Assembly: GCA_000214015.2 (NCBI GenBank)
Contig: CAID01000016.2
Coordinates: 206,794-238,793 of the forward strand
DNA: 32,000 nucleotides
Direction: 5' to 3'
From: Ostreococcus tauri
Lineage: Eukaryota
Below, in pieces: positions 1 through 10,513 of the stretch. The notes below the pieces were generated by a model. It was not told where the DNA came from and searched no databases. It saw only the letters and a program-made list of their open reading frames with translations. Both the position numbers and the translations under genes were made by a program. Each line of letters starts with the position of its first letter. Positions within the stretch are counted from its first letter, which is position 1.

Positions 1-1994
1 TGGCGGGACCAAACGGCACGGCGGCGGAGGTGTGCGCGGCGCAAAAGTGCGCGCGATGGGTGCATCCGGAGGTTCATGGAGTGAATCTGCGCTCGAACAC
101 GCGACGGTGCGGAGGGATCGGGTGTTACGCGGACGAGGCTGTGACGGTGTGGCCACTGTTCTTGGACGACGACTGCGAGTGTCTCGTGTGTGAGTGGGAG
201 GAGCACAGGCGGAACAAGGCGGTTTCGAGCGAAGAGGATGGGTCAGATGATGGTAAAGGAGTCGATGGATCCGATCACGCACGATGCACTTCGACAGATG
301 TGAGATCGGCCGCTCAAACCATTTGCGTTGGTTATGTGTGCGAGCTGAAAGACACCGCCGATTCACTGGGTGTTCGCATCTTGATCATGAACGCGAAGAG
401 TTCGGACCACGTTCCACGACTGTCTTCTATTCCTACACTACGATGTTTTTCAACAAAAGCTTGTCATGCCATCGACGCTGTTTTCCACTGCACGCCTACA
501 GATGTGGCGAGCACACCTACATACCAGTCGTGGGCGGAGTCACTTTCATGCGAGCACTTTTTCTGTCGATCATGCGACGAGTTGGGGTTCCGAGCGAGCG
601 CTCGAATGTCATTGCGACTGAATACTGTGGATTCAGATGCTTTTCCTATCCCAAAAGCTCTCCATGGATCGCGAAACGGAGGTCTTACTGGGCGATTTGA
701 GGTCCTCGGGTTGTGTGCTTCCATTCGTGTCTGCAAAAACGAATCGAAGAAGTGCAAACTGGATGCTCAGACGCTGAGGCCCGATGATTTACAGCCTGAT
801 GCAGTTTTGAACGAGCTTAAGATGCTGCGTCCAGATTTAGCGACTTCATCGCAAGCAACTCTGGAAAGAATAAAGCGCGATGAAGTTGCCGATCTCAAGG
901 ACCCAAACGATGAAACAAGTCAAGACGTTGCCCTCGCTCTAAAATCCAGGCTTATGCGTGGATTAATTGGAATGAAGAGAAAAACGAGCGAATTCGACCC
1001 TGAAATCATATTTCTTGGCACTGGCTCTGCCGAACCGAGCAAGTATCGTGGAAGCAGTGGCATTCTCGTTGAGCTACCACACCCGACAGTATCACATGGA
1101 AAGTCATGGTTGATGCTTGACTGCGGCGAGGGAACGGTCGGGTCTATAGCGCGAATGTTTGGCCGTGAAGTGATGATGTCGATCGTGCAAAGTCTGAAGA
1201 TGGTCTGGATCTCTCATCACCACGCAGACCACATGTTGGGCGTTCGTGGCGTGTTGGATGTACACTCTCAAACTTGTGAGGCACCGCTCACTCTAGTCGG
1301 ACCAACGATATTGAGAGAGTGGTTAGAAATATGTGGTGTGTCAAAGTCATCGTATCGATTCATTCGCTCGCGGGACTTGTTTGCGGGTCCTTTTGGACGT
1401 TTGCCACCACCACCACCACCACCAATGCAACCAAAGTCGCAACCAAGATCAGTTGTCAACGCGCATCAATCGATGCCGTCGGGTCCCAACTCAAATCGAG
1501 GTTCGCTCAGTTCAATAGAAACCACCCTCATTCAGCTGACTGGCCTGAGTCGAATCGAGGCAGTTCCAGTGGAGCACTGCAGAGACGCCGCGGCGCTCAT
1601 TATTGGATCACCGTCCAACTGGAGTCTTGCTTACTCGGGTGATTGCAGACCGTCGCGAGCATTTGCCCGCGCAGCAAGAGGGTGTGACGTTATGATCCAC
1701 GTAGCAACTTTCGAGAATGAGTTGTACAATCACGCAGTGAGAAAACGGCACTCAACGACATCAGAAGCGTTGGAAACAGCAGCAGATGCGCAGGTGAAGC
1801 ACATTGTACTCACGCATTTCAGTCAGAGGTACCCGAAAGCGATCAGCCTAGACAGTCTAAGCATAGAGCCCATCATTGCGTTCGACGGTTTTCGCGTTTT
1901 GCTTAGTCAACTGGATCGCATGAAACATCTGCAACCCACTATCGCACGGGTCGCTTCTCTCGGCAGCGAAGCACGTTCCGAGGTAGATATGTAG
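1..1994 (+). CDS. ELAC2: tRNase Z, long form (ELAC2-type metallo-beta-lactamase), 5'-partial at window edge
   Basis: The frame is open from nt 3, with no stop before the track's GTG at 30, so the true start lies left of the window. The C-terminal half has RNase Z landmarks: IIFLGTGSAEPSKYRG, His motif VWISHHHADH, ATFENEL and HFSQRYPK. Stop TAG at 1992-1994. Confidence 0.8.
   Translation, partial: AGPNGTAAEVCAAQKCARWVHPEVHGVNLRSNTRRCGGIGCYADEAVTVWPLFLDDDCECLVCEWEEHRRNKAVSSEEDGSDDGKGVDGSDHARCTSTDVRSAAQTICVGYVCELKDTADSLGVRILIMNAKSSDHVPRLSSIPTLRCFSTKACHAIDAVFHCTPTDVASTPTYQSWAESLSCEHFFCRSCDELGFRASARMSLRLNTVDSDAFPIPKALHGSRNGGLTGRFEVLGLCASIRVCKNESKKCKLDAQTLRPDDLQPDAVLNELKMLRPDLATSSQATLERIKRDEVADLKDPNDETSQDVALALKSRLMRGLIGMKRKTSEFDPEIIFLGTGSAEPSKYRGSSGILVELPHPTVSHGKSWLMLDCGEGTVGSIARMFGREVMMSIVQSLKMVWISHHHADHMLGVRGVLDVHSQTCEAPLTLVGPTILREWLEICGVSKSSYRFIRSRDLFAGPFGRLPPPPPPPMQPKSQPRSVVNAHQSMPSGPNSNRGSLSSIETTLIQLTGLSRIEAVPVEHCRDAAALIIGSPSNWSLAYSGDCRPSRAFARAARGCDVMIHVATFENELYNHAVRKRHSTTSEALETAADAQVKHIVLTHFSQRYPKAISLDSLSIEPIIAFDGFRVLLSQLDRMKHLQPTIARVASLGSEARSEVDM
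1404..1424 (+). repeat. (CCA)7 microsatellite coding a Pro7 run inside the tRNase Z ORF
   Basis: Seven consecutive in-frame CCA codons read directly from the sequence (protein PPPPPPP). Confidence 0.95.
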
Positions 1995-2043
1995 AAAATA
2001 CCTTGTGGTATTCGTTAAATCGAGAGGCGTTAGATCAAGACGC

Positions 2044-2859
2044 ATGTTCCGCAGTAAGCTCGCCACGACCGCGCGCACCGCGAAATGCTACTATCGCACT
2101 CACGGATACGCAACTTACCTGCTGGCAGATTCATGTCATGGCAGTGGCGGAACGCCACTTGCTAAAGCCATTCTTGGATCCAGCTCAGCGCGACTCGCCG
2201 CTGCGACGCAATCCGTCGCGTGCGCCGCAGATTTTAAACATGATATGTGGGACGGTGATCGTCTTCTCACGTCTACGGTCAATTTGACGTGCGAGTCTGA
2301 TGTGCAGAAATTTGTCGCGCAGGTTCAGTATTCACTCTCCGAGACAATCGACATTCTCCTCGCAAACGTAGGTGAAGTCCCAGGTCGCTGGAGAACCTCC
2401 TTCAATTCGACACCGCTCATTCCAGAAGTGCGCGCCAATGAGTGGATACGGCTTTGCAAGGACGTTGCGGGGGTTGGAATTCTTCTTAAAAATGTTTTGC
2501 CCACGCTGATGCGGCATCCCACAGATCATCGAAAAGTTGTCGTAATTTTCACGCACCAAGCGCCGCTACATTGCGTCGAAACTGTCGCATTGAAATCGAT
2601 TTCATCAGCACTTGACGAGTTAGTCGCGTCGACGAGCCTGGAATTGGCGCGGAAGAGCCCTACGGAGTTCGTGACGGTGAAGGTACATACACCAAATTTA
2701 GAGTCCAACGATGCGCTCGCATGGGGCAGGGAAGTGGTTCGGCAAATCGGACGGTTGCGACTCGAAGCGACGTTCGCCTCTACTCACGATGGGCAACATT
2801 TGCCCATTCCAGGTTATCCTGACAAGCCCGATACATTCTGGTATGGGGCACATGTTTGA
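2044..2859 (+). CDS. hypothetical protein, weak Rossmann/short-chain-dehydrogenase-like features
   Basis: The track ORF is 2005-2859, but 2005 is GTG. The first ATG is at 2044, 49 nt after the upstream stop. Weak SDR-like strings are present: a Gly-rich stretch CHGSGGTPLAKAIL and DILLANVG (compare the NNAG motif). No clear YxxxK catalytic motif. The family call is weak; the coding call rests on ORF length and composition. Confidence 0.4.
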   Translation: MFRSKLATTARTAKCYYRTHGYATYLLADSCHGSGGTPLAKAILGSSSARLAAATQSVACAADFKHDMWDGDRLLTSTVNLTCESDVQKFVAQVQYSLSETIDILLANVGEVPGRWRTSFNSTPLIPEVRANEWIRLCKDVAGVGILLKNVLPTLMRHPTDHRKVVVIFTHQAPLHCVETVALKSISSALDELVASTSLELARKSPTEFVTVKVHTPNLESNDALAWGREVVRQIGRLRLEATFASTHDGQHLPIPGYPDKPDTFWYGAHV

Positions 2860-2900
2860 TCGACAAGTTGTACAAAATTCTGTTTTTGTTGCTACAATTC

Positions 2901-5693
2901 TCACGTGTATGGTTGCCAGTTGAACGCGATGTCTAGCTCACCCGACTTAGCGTTGCCAACTTTAAACCTCGCCTCCATCGATCCACCGTGGTGAATGATA
3001 GTCGAAATCGGCACTTCAAGATTCCCCATGAATTTACTCTTAGTCCCCATCGGAAACGTCGAATCAACGTCAAACAGCTCTATCGACACCTTCGTGTCTT
3101 CACTTGCAGGAGAGAACTCAAACATGGCGTTAAACTCTGGATTCAGGTTCTTGTAATGAATCTTTGAGCTATAAACCGTGTAATCATGAGCTTCCGCATT
3201 CTTCTTGCCCTTCTTACCTCTCTTGCCCCTCAGTATTTTGCCCTTGTCCATGTCCATACTATCAAGGGTGAACTTTGGCACCTTGACCTTAACGTAAGGA
3301 TCTGACAATCCATTCGAATCCATTGGTTGCAAATTTCGGCCGCGGATCACGTGAACCGACAGTAGCCCAAGACCAGTGAACATATTTTGTGCGATGTCGC
3401 TGCCGAACGAGATGAACTGTGCATTCAGCAACAGTTTCATGGGCGGTTTTTTCACATTCCCCTTGACTTGCTCCGGGAAATCGAGCCAAAGTTCTTGTTC
3501 ACTCCCATCAGCTGTCGCGGCTTTGATCGTGTCTATGCGTACTTCCGTGGCACCCAACTTGTCATCGCTACTAAGAGGATCTACGTCGTGATCGTACATG
3601 GCGACCTTGAGCACTCTCAAGTCGACATCATCGACTGGAATGTAAAAGATTTCATTCCAGACTGGGTCTTCGTTGTTCATAATCGTCGTCGTGTTTACTT
3701 GCAACCCATGTTTCTTGACAAACATCTTCACGAATGGATCCGTCTTGGACAAGAGATCCGCGCTTGGAACGTTCTCAGCTCGCACAACAGTTACCTTGAG
3801 TACCCCAGTGTTGCGCAGCTGCAAAACGTTATGGTCGTACCACTTGAATGGCTTCACCTCGCCGTCCGGCATGACGATTGGATCAAAATTGAAGCTCAAC
3901 GGTATGACCAGACGCTCGGGCTGAATAAACATGTCGCCAAGGAGACCGGCGACAAACTCCTCGAGCCACTTGTCAATTGCGGCGTAGAGCACATCCAACC
4001 CACTCGGTAACTCTACGTGAAACTCAACGATAGGTCTCTCTGTCATAGAAATTACGACACCACCAAGCGGGCTTGGCAGCGGCACAAGGGGATTCAGTGT
4101 CACCCGGAGCTTGGTGTAAATCTCAAGATCTTTAACTGCGATGTTAATGTCTGCTCCTATGTGGGTTTTTGCCGCAAGAACGATGTTTGACCTTCCAGCC
4201 CAGGCAAAATCTATATCAAGGCTCATACCTTTGTCCTCGGCTTTTTTCCCGACATATGAGACGCTTCGCACCATGAAAGGGTTTTCGCCGAAATCGAGCT
4301 GCTTGAAAGTCAGCCTCTTCAACATGGAGGGGCGAGATTGCTCCATCAACGGCTCAACGATCTCGCGAACCAGCTCGCTCGCCGCTTTGTTGTAGAAGGG
4401 CCAGACCTGTGTCAAGAAATTGTTCAGCCACGGAACAAGCTCATCTGGGCGGTATCTCGCCCAAACGGGCGCCGCATTCATGTATTGGATGTCGTTTGTA
4501 CGAACCACCGGTGAGCCCATGAGTTGGGCCATGTGCTTCGCATCTTTTTCCAACGCAAGGAAAGCACCCATCACTGTCCTGATGCGCTGTTGCTTTTCAT
4601 GGCGCTGATCTTGCCTCCAAACGATAAACCAACCAACACCAAAGGCGATCAGGAATGAAAAGATACCGCGATTGTCGCTCAGCCATCCAACGGTGAAGAT
4701 GACCAGAGTTTGCCAGAAGAAGCCGACCGCGCCTATCAAGGAGCAGATAACCTGCGAATTCACTATTGAACCTCGCCAGAACATGCGACACAACTCCATG
4801 TTCATGTTGAGCACAGTTCGCGTCATAAAAAGGCTCGATAAGATTGCAGAAAGGAGCCTGGAATATGCCTGAAACGTGCCGTTCATTAGCAGCCTATGGT
4901 AAAGAAGAAAGTTTGGCACCCAAAACAACGTGATGACACCGACTACGCAGAATTTACCGTACGCTAAACCCATTTGCTTTGCTGACGATGCCATCATGCT
5001 CGGGAACGGACCGTTAAACCACGGCCCGTTCCCGGGAGCATAATCAGAGAAGTCTTTGTCCGTCAAATTCGTCGGTTCCAACTTATGATCACCTCTTGCA
5101 AGGTTGCCAATGGAGTACTTTTTTGGTTTTCTCACCGTCGTCTCTCGTTGTATATCCGGCGGTGCCAGCCATTCTGGACCATATGAAACCGGTAACTCAT
5201 TCGCCTTTAATTTTGGTTCGGCCTCGTACCTTTTGAGACGCTCGCTCAGCTCGACGGGTGGCTTGGCGACCGTCTGGTTCGGAGCCTTCACGATCGATTG
5301 TCTTCGAAGCAGGCTACGGTTTTGATCGGCGTCCTCGTCCTCGTTCATCGCCGCCCGAGCACTGTTTAGCAGTGACTGATCGAAGCGATACACGTCGTCA
5401 TCGTCTCCTTCCAACACCTGGTCGTCCTCCACCGCGATCGCGTTCTTCTTCTTCGTCTTGAAGTCTTTTTTCGAAATCTCCTGATTCCTGGTTTGAGGTC
5501 GAAGCGATGCGATCGGTTCCCCCCTCGTCACCTCTCGTTCGCTCCCGACCGACATTCCGCTGTCCTCAGCGAACGCGCTGAGGTTCTTCGTCGAATCGTC
5601 GCCCAATCTTCTTCCATCCGCCGTCTTGCGCAAGCGAAACTCCGTCTCCTGGGCCTCGGGCGCGGCGCCGCTCTTGGAGGAACACACGCCCAT
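2901..5693 (-). CDS. synaptotagmin-like / extended-synaptotagmin (tricalbin) type lipid-transfer tether: SMP domain plus two C2 domains
   Basis: 930-aa ORF with ATG at 5693. SMP-like string WLNNFLTQVWPFYNKAASELVREIVEPLM. Two C2 signatures: GVLKVTVVRAENVPSADLLSKTDPFVKMFV and LLSVHVIRGRNLQPMDSNGLSDPYVKVKV. Hydrophobic segments precede the SMP domain. The N-terminus MGVCSSKS looks like an N-myristoylation/palmitoylation site. Confidence 0.8.
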   Translation of the reverse strand: MGVCSSKSGAAPEAQETEFRLRKTADGRRLGDDSTKNLSAFAEDSGMSVGSEREVTRGEPIASLRPQTRNQEISKKDFKTKKKNAIAVEDDQVLEGDDDDVYRFDQSLLNSARAAMNEDEDADQNRSLLRRQSIVKAPNQTVAKPPVELSERLKRYEAEPKLKANELPVSYGPEWLAPPDIQRETTVRKPKKYSIGNLARGDHKLEPTNLTDKDFSDYAPGNGPWFNGPFPSMMASSAKQMGLAYGKFCVVGVITLFWVPNFLLYHRLLMNGTFQAYSRLLSAILSSLFMTRTVLNMNMELCRMFWRGSIVNSQVICSLIGAVGFFWQTLVIFTVGWLSDNRGIFSFLIAFGVGWFIVWRQDQRHEKQQRIRTVMGAFLALEKDAKHMAQLMGSPVVRTNDIQYMNAAPVWARYRPDELVPWLNNFLTQVWPFYNKAASELVREIVEPLMEQSRPSMLKRLTFKQLDFGENPFMVRSVSYVGKKAEDKGMSLDIDFAWAGRSNIVLAAKTHIGADINIAVKDLEIYTKLRVTLNPLVPLPSPLGGVVISMTERPIVEFHVELPSGLDVLYAAIDKWLEEFVAGLLGDMFIQPERLVIPLSFNFDPIVMPDGEVKPFKWYDHNVLQLRNTGVLKVTVVRAENVPSADLLSKTDPFVKMFVKKHGLQVNTTTIMNNEDPVWNEIFYIPVDDVDLRVLKVAMYDHDVDPLSSDDKLGATEVRIDTIKAATADGSEQELWLDFPEQVKGNVKKPPMKLLLNAQFISFGSDIAQNMFTGLGLLSVHVIRGRNLQPMDSNGLSDPYVKVKVPKFTLDSMDMDKGKILRGKRGKKGKKNAEAHDYTVYSSKIHYKNLNPEFNAMFEFSPASEDTKVSIELFDVDSTFPMGTKSKFMGNLEVPISTIIHHGGSMEARFKVGNAKSGELDIAFNWQPYT

Positions 5694-6070
5694 GACGACA
5701 ACGTGCTCGACGCCGCGCTCGCGGTGACGCCCGAGGCGCGTTGTTCAGCGCACGTTCACGCAAATATCGTCGCGCGCGTTCGCGCGCGCGCGCGTTAGAG
5801 TCACGCTCTGGAGAGAACGCTGAATCGTAATTCGCCATCACCCGATCGGACGTCGTGGTAACGAGTGAGTTTGATCGAGCTAACAAACAGAGGTTGGATG
5901 GAGACTTTGAGTTTGGAGACAGGAGCGATGGTACATTGAGATCTCATTCGAAGAGACGCGGGAACGAGAAGCGTATGAGGAGTGAGATGTGGCTAGAGAT
6001 CCCTTTCGCTACAGAGGAATGAAGAATGTTTGATGCTATGGCTAGGGGTGCGCCGGCTTGGACGACTGGC

Positions 6071-6931
6071 TCAGCGCTCAGCAGCGAAACGCGCGAGACG
6101 CTTAAGCGCTGGGAACCAATAAGAAACTTCTTCCCAGTGTCTTTGCGAGAGATGAAGCAACACCGAGTTGACCATCGGAGTGTTGTTCGACGCGAGGCTC
6201 TCCGAAAGCGTCACCAGAGCCTCGGCAACGGGGTCGGTGACGGCGTTCTCGTCCGCCAGGTCCACAGACGCTCCAGTGTTGTTCAAGAATACGAATAGCC
6301 CACCGAGTTTATTTGAAATACCCTCCAATTCCTTCAGACGCGCCGGTGGCGCGCCTTGCATCGCTTCGTGATACTTCTCACGAAGGACGCGAACGATCCC
6401 CAGATGATTCTGCCTTACACGGGAAACGTCGGCGTTCTCCAGCGTCGCCGTCGGCGGAGGTTTCGGCCAAGCCGCGGCCGGCCCGACCCACGCGCCACCG
6501 CTGCAATACCGCTCCCTTCCTCTCAGCGTCGTCACTGTCGACGCGCTCGGCGACGAAGCCGGGGCGCTCGCCGGAGCGACGTGCACGCTCGGAGGAGCCG
6601 CGTACGCGAGCGGCGCGCTCGAAGCGCTTGTGTGGCTGACGCTGGGCCCGAGAGCGACGGGCGCGACCTCGTGCGCGATCGTTCCCGGGTTGAACATCGT
6701 CACGTTTGCCGGTTGTGGGACGCGAATCATCGGCGTCGACGGAGAACCAGCGCTTGAAGGCACGAAAGCCGTAGGAGCGAGAGCGGGTTGGGCGTGCTCG
6801 GGCGTCCTCGACGGCGATTGCGCGCGTTTCTCACTGATCCACGTTAGCGGCGCGGTCGGAGGCGGTGCGCCGGGAACGAAACCACCGCCGGAGCCGAGAG
6901 AACTCAGCGGCGGTTGCTCGGTGAATCCCAT
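6071..6931 (-). CDS. Pro/Ala-rich protein with SRA1 / Sec31 C-terminal homology domain
   Basis: 286-aa ORF with ATG at 6931. The C-terminal ISNKLGGLFVFL...VNSVLLHLSQRHWEEVSYWFPALKRLARF resembles my recollection of the SRA1 family pattern (RLALL...[24 protein letters not shown]). The N-terminal half is low-complexity P/A/S. Confidence 0.5.
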   Translation of the reverse strand: MGFTEQPPLSSLGSGGGFVPGAPPPTAPLTWISEKRAQSPSRTPEHAQPALAPTAFVPSSAGSPSTPMIRVPQPANVTMFNPGTIAHEVAPVALGPSVSHTSASSAPLAYAAPPSVHVAPASAPASSPSASTVTTLRGRERYCSGGAWVGPAAAWPKPPPTATLENADVSRVRQNHLGIVRVLREKYHEAMQGAPPARLKELEGISNKLGGLFVFLNNTGASVDLADENAVTDPVAEALVTLSESLASNNTPMVNSVLLHLSQRHWEEVSYWFPALKRLARFAAER

Positions 6932-7087
6932 GACGCGACGAGCAAAGCTGTGAGGAGATCGCAGAGCTTGGCTTAAGGTCTCGGCGAGACGCGCTGCAGC
7001 AACACGGAATCCGTCGGAGGAATGAATACGAATGCGTCGTAGGGTTCGATTCTATCTAAATCGCTACAAGGCTACGGCGTCCAAGAC

Positions 7088-10000
7088 TTAAACGAAACTA
7101 AACACCATGTCCACTTCGCCGTGGACAAGATGAATTTGACGCGACTTGACAAATTTCAGCGAGCATTCAATGGATGACTCACCTGATCCGCCCAGAGTCG
7201 CGTCATCTAACGGCGCTTCGGAAGGAACGCACGGCATGTAATGTGAAGTTCCCAACGGTAGAGTCCCTCTCGCGAATGTGTGACGCCAGGAGGTCGTGAG
7301 ATCCCAGACATACACAAATGATAATTTATCCAAATACGCAGCAACTTGATTGCCTTCGGCGTCGAATGACACCGCCTTGACGGAAAGTTGCCCCGTGTCA
7401 GTGGCGAGAGCCGATCCTGCGTGATTGACTAACACGTTCGAAGAATGTTTGACGTGCTTTTCAGGTGAAAGGAGACTGAGTGGATCTGACCAGTCTGCCG
7501 ACGACGTCTCAGAAGATCTATCGTATGAATCTGTGTGACTATCCTCCAGGTTCCGCCACTTCGTGGCACTGTGCAAATCGTAGACCGTCATCACTGTCCC
7601 ATTTTTCACGGCGCCATGTATGGCGGTGACAAAGCGTTGCGTCTCTCGGTGGAAAGCCATCGAAGAAGATTTGCCGAGTTCTGTCAGTAAAACATACACG
7701 GTCTGTTGACAGTTTTTACGCAGTATCAAGTTTGATGGATTCAAAGCCAGCATTATGGTTTCCATCATGTATACAGCGTGCGTCTGCAGCGTTTTCACGT
7801 GTGTTTGAGCGACACGTATGAGCGCCATGAAGGCCAGCACATGAGCCGGATGGTCTGGATCGAGCGTGCGGAATCGGTTGTTCATGTGAGAAAAGAAGAA
7901 GGGCGGACTGACCAGAGCAAAAGCCGATAGTAGATCGCTGAGCGCCTCACGAGCGATCATGGACTCGGTGGGACTCGTTGCCGAGCTCATCATCGTCGAA
8001 CAAAGGGTGAACACCTCTTCCAATGACTTGTTTGGATCGCTCAAACACGAAGACCAGTTTGCAAGTTTGATGCCCTCTGTTAGTAATGAAGCTGCGGTGA
8101 AGACGACGTTCTTGTCAGGCAATGATAAGGCCTCTAAAAGAGAGTTTGATACAGCGATCTTCCAGCTATCATGCACGCCTTTGTTTGGGATGAAGCAAAC
8201 CACACTCGAAATTATCAGGCCGAGCAAACCCTGCATAAATTCACCAGAAGCCAACCGGTCCCACCTCTTGTATTGCTCGCAACCAAACAAGTTCGTAGGC
8301 GCAAGAGATTTAAATGTTGTCGGTAAAGACTTTTTCACGCTCACAGATAGCAATCGTCTCGATGCTTGACGTATGCACTCCACAGGACTCATGCAGGAGC
8401 CTGCGAAGAAGACTAAATCCGTATCATCCACCTGCCCGATGCTTTCCTCTATCGCATTTATCAACGCGCAGTACGATGAAATGCTCAAGCTTTCGCTCAC
8501 TTGGATGATCCTAATTATCACCGCAATCGTCAGAATACGAATCTCGCGATCAACGTTCACATCTTTTGAACCACGTACACCCGGCAAATTGAAAGTCGCT
8601 GCACCTTCACAACTATGCAAACTGACACTCGAGGATCTGTAATTCTCTGCGAAGAAGATGGCCAAAACGTCGTCGGTGACGATTGAATCGTTCGTGTTGA
8701 GCAACGTACCAAGAAATAGATGCAATGCTCGCACTTCTTCATCGACGAACGTTTTGGCGATTGATGACGTTGCTGACGGTACCAAATTACTAATTCTGCG
8801 CTTAACCCCATGCGAAGGGAGACCAGCTCTTACGGGCTCCAGTAAAGCGTCAGTATGAACGGTAAGACCGAAGATGTTTGCCTGCATGCATCTCCATGTC
8901 AACGGTCTCAGTCGTTTTCTCGTAAACCTCCATTGGCGCTGCGCTAGACCAACAGCTCCATGCAACAGGATGTGAAAAGATCCTTCTCGAAGACTATTCA
9001 ACATTACACCAGCGGCTGCGCCAATAAGATGACGTTCTAAAACTCCCGTTAAGATGTCCCAAACGTGCAAACTTCCATCCTTGCTCAATACGGCTAAAGC
9101 ACCTCGTGGAGCATTCCAAACCAATTCCTTCACAGCGACCCCATTCCCAGGCATGATGAAGTTGACAGCCCACGTCTCAGCGGAGACTAAACCAAGGACG
9201 CCGTCGTCACCGATCGTGATAAAAATATTATTCCAACTCACCTCTCGGGCGCTCTTTGGCGCGGAAAGAATCCATCGTACCGGGCCTTGATGATGCCGCA
9301 AGATGGCAACATTTTTTGAGACTCGGTAATCCCACGCACGCACCGTACCATCTTTTCCACCAGATATCAAAAAATTCTCATTCTGACCGTCCACCCAATC
9401 CAGTAAAGATAGTACGGCGCCATCATGACCACTGAACTTGGCTGAGGTGGTCGAGCTTCCGTACAATGGACACGAGCAAATTGTACCATCAGAGTATCCA
9501 TAAATGTAAGACTCTGGCGCATATGCTCCCCCTTTTGCGGGTGCACACGAGGTGACGACTAAACCTGGAGTTGAATTCCATCTATCTGACAGCGAAAACG
9601 AGCAATCGTTCACCGACAACACGCAGTTCGCTTCATCTCCTCGAACGTGCACTCGTCCGAACGGGGTGTCCACTTCGTGATTGAAATTTTCGCTCGCGTT
9701 AGTCTCACTGATGAGTTCGGACGTCACTTTGGTGATGCTGCCCCAACCGGTCAAATCGAACGCGCTCGTGTTTCTATTCGGCGGATGAACTGATTCGTGC
9801 GTCACCAGCGCATCCACTTTTGGCCAGCTGTGCGTCCGACCGTCTACACTGCGCACACTCAGAGTGCCGCTCGCGTCGACAAAAATTTCAGCCACGATTC
9901 CAAAGTCCTGAGGTATTCCCAAACTGACAGAGCCCGAGCCCAGTGGGTCAACTACGCTGCACTGTTCACCACGTGATTCAACGCTGACGATCAAGGCAAC

Positions 10001-10513
10001 GCCCTCTGTGCCCTCCTCTCCGCACTCCACCGCCGTCTCGCACACCGCTCTCACCTCGCCTCGCGGCGTCGCGCGCTTGTGCAGACATCTCCCCGTCCGA
10101 CGGTCCCACGCGCACATCGCCCCCGCCGCGTCCACGCTCACCATCGCGCGCGACGCCTTCACGAAACGAACCACCGCGTCGTCGTGTCCTGAGCAATAGT
10201 TTGCCGCGCCCGCGCTTCCCGCGCGCCGCGCCGCGCCCTTGTCCAGCGCCCACCGAACGATCCCCCCGTCTCTCGCCCCCGTCCACGCCCACCGCTCGAC
10301 GTCAAAGCTTTCGTCCCCCCCTTCCACCGTTCCATCCATCCCGCGCGACGCCATCGCACCCGAGCGCGCGCGCGCCTCGTCCTCGCCTCTCGACCCTCCT
10401 CTCGCCGTCGACGTCGTCGCGCTCGCCATCTCATCCCCGACGACGACGGTCACCGCGTGCGCGAACGGGACCTCGCACCAGCGCGCGCTCGCGACGTCCC
10501 GTCGTCGCGCCAT
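7088..10513 (-). CDS. large WD40-repeat protein (possibly WDR7/rabconnectin-beta-like; subfamily uncertain)
   Basis: The track ORF 7088-10603 starts at GTG; the first ATG is at 10513. WD repeats are visible: SGHDDAVVRF...CAWD, FSGHDGAVLSLLDW...ISGGKDGTVRAWD, LSKDGSLHVWDILTG, VYVWDL. The long C-terminal part is helical. The subfamily is a guess. Confidence 0.7.
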   Translation of the reverse strand: MARRRDVASARWCEVPFAHAVTVVVGDEMASATTSTARGGSRGEDEARARSGAMASRGMDGTVEGGDESFDVERWAWTGARDGGIVRWALDKGAARRAGSAGAANYCSGHDDAVVRFVKASRAMVSVDAAGAMCAWDRRTGRCLHKRATPRGEVRAVCETAVECGEEGTEGVALIVSVESRGEQCSVVDPLGSGSVSLGIPQDFGIVAEIFVDASGTLSVRSVDGRTHSWPKVDALVTHESVHPPNRNTSAFDLTGWGSITKVTSELISETNASENFNHEVDTPFGRVHVRGDEANCVLSVNDCSFSLSDRWNSTPGLVVTSCAPAKGGAYAPESYIYGYSDGTICSCPLYGSSTTSAKFSGHDGAVLSLLDWVDGQNENFLISGGKDGTVRAWDYRVSKNVAILRHHQGPVRWILSAPKSAREVSWNNIFITIGDDGVLGLVSAETWAVNFIMPGNGVAVKELVWNAPRGALAVLSKDGSLHVWDILTGVLERHLIGAAAGVMLNSLREGSFHILLHGAVGLAQRQWRFTRKRLRPLTWRCMQANIFGLTVHTDALLEPVRAGLPSHGVKRRISNLVPSATSSIAKTFVDEEVRALHLFLGTLLNTNDSIVTDDVLAIFFAENYRSSSVSLHSCEGAATFNLPGVRGSKDVNVDREIRILTIAVIIRIIQVSESLSISSYCALINAIEESIGQVDDTDLVFFAGSCMSPVECIRQASRRLLSVSVKKSLPTTFKSLAPTNLFGCEQYKRWDRLASGEFMQGLLGLIISSVVCFIPNKGVHDSWKIAVSNSLLEALSLPDKNVVFTAASLLTEGIKLANWSSCLSDPNKSLEEVFTLCSTMMSSATSPTESMIAREALSDLLSAFALVSPPFFFSHMNNRFRTLDPDHPAHVLAFMALIRVAQTHVKTLQTHAVYMMETIMLALNPSNLILRKNCQQTVYVLLTELGKSSSMAFHRETQRFVTAIHGAVKNGTVMTVYDLHSATKWRNLEDSHTDSYDRSSETSSADWSDPLSLLSPEKHVKHSSNVLVNHAGSALATDTGQLSVKAVSFDAEGNQVAAYLDKLSFVYVWDLTTSWRHTFARGTLPLGTSHYMPCVPSEAPLDDATLGGSGESSIECSLKFVKSRQIHLVHGEVDMVFSFV

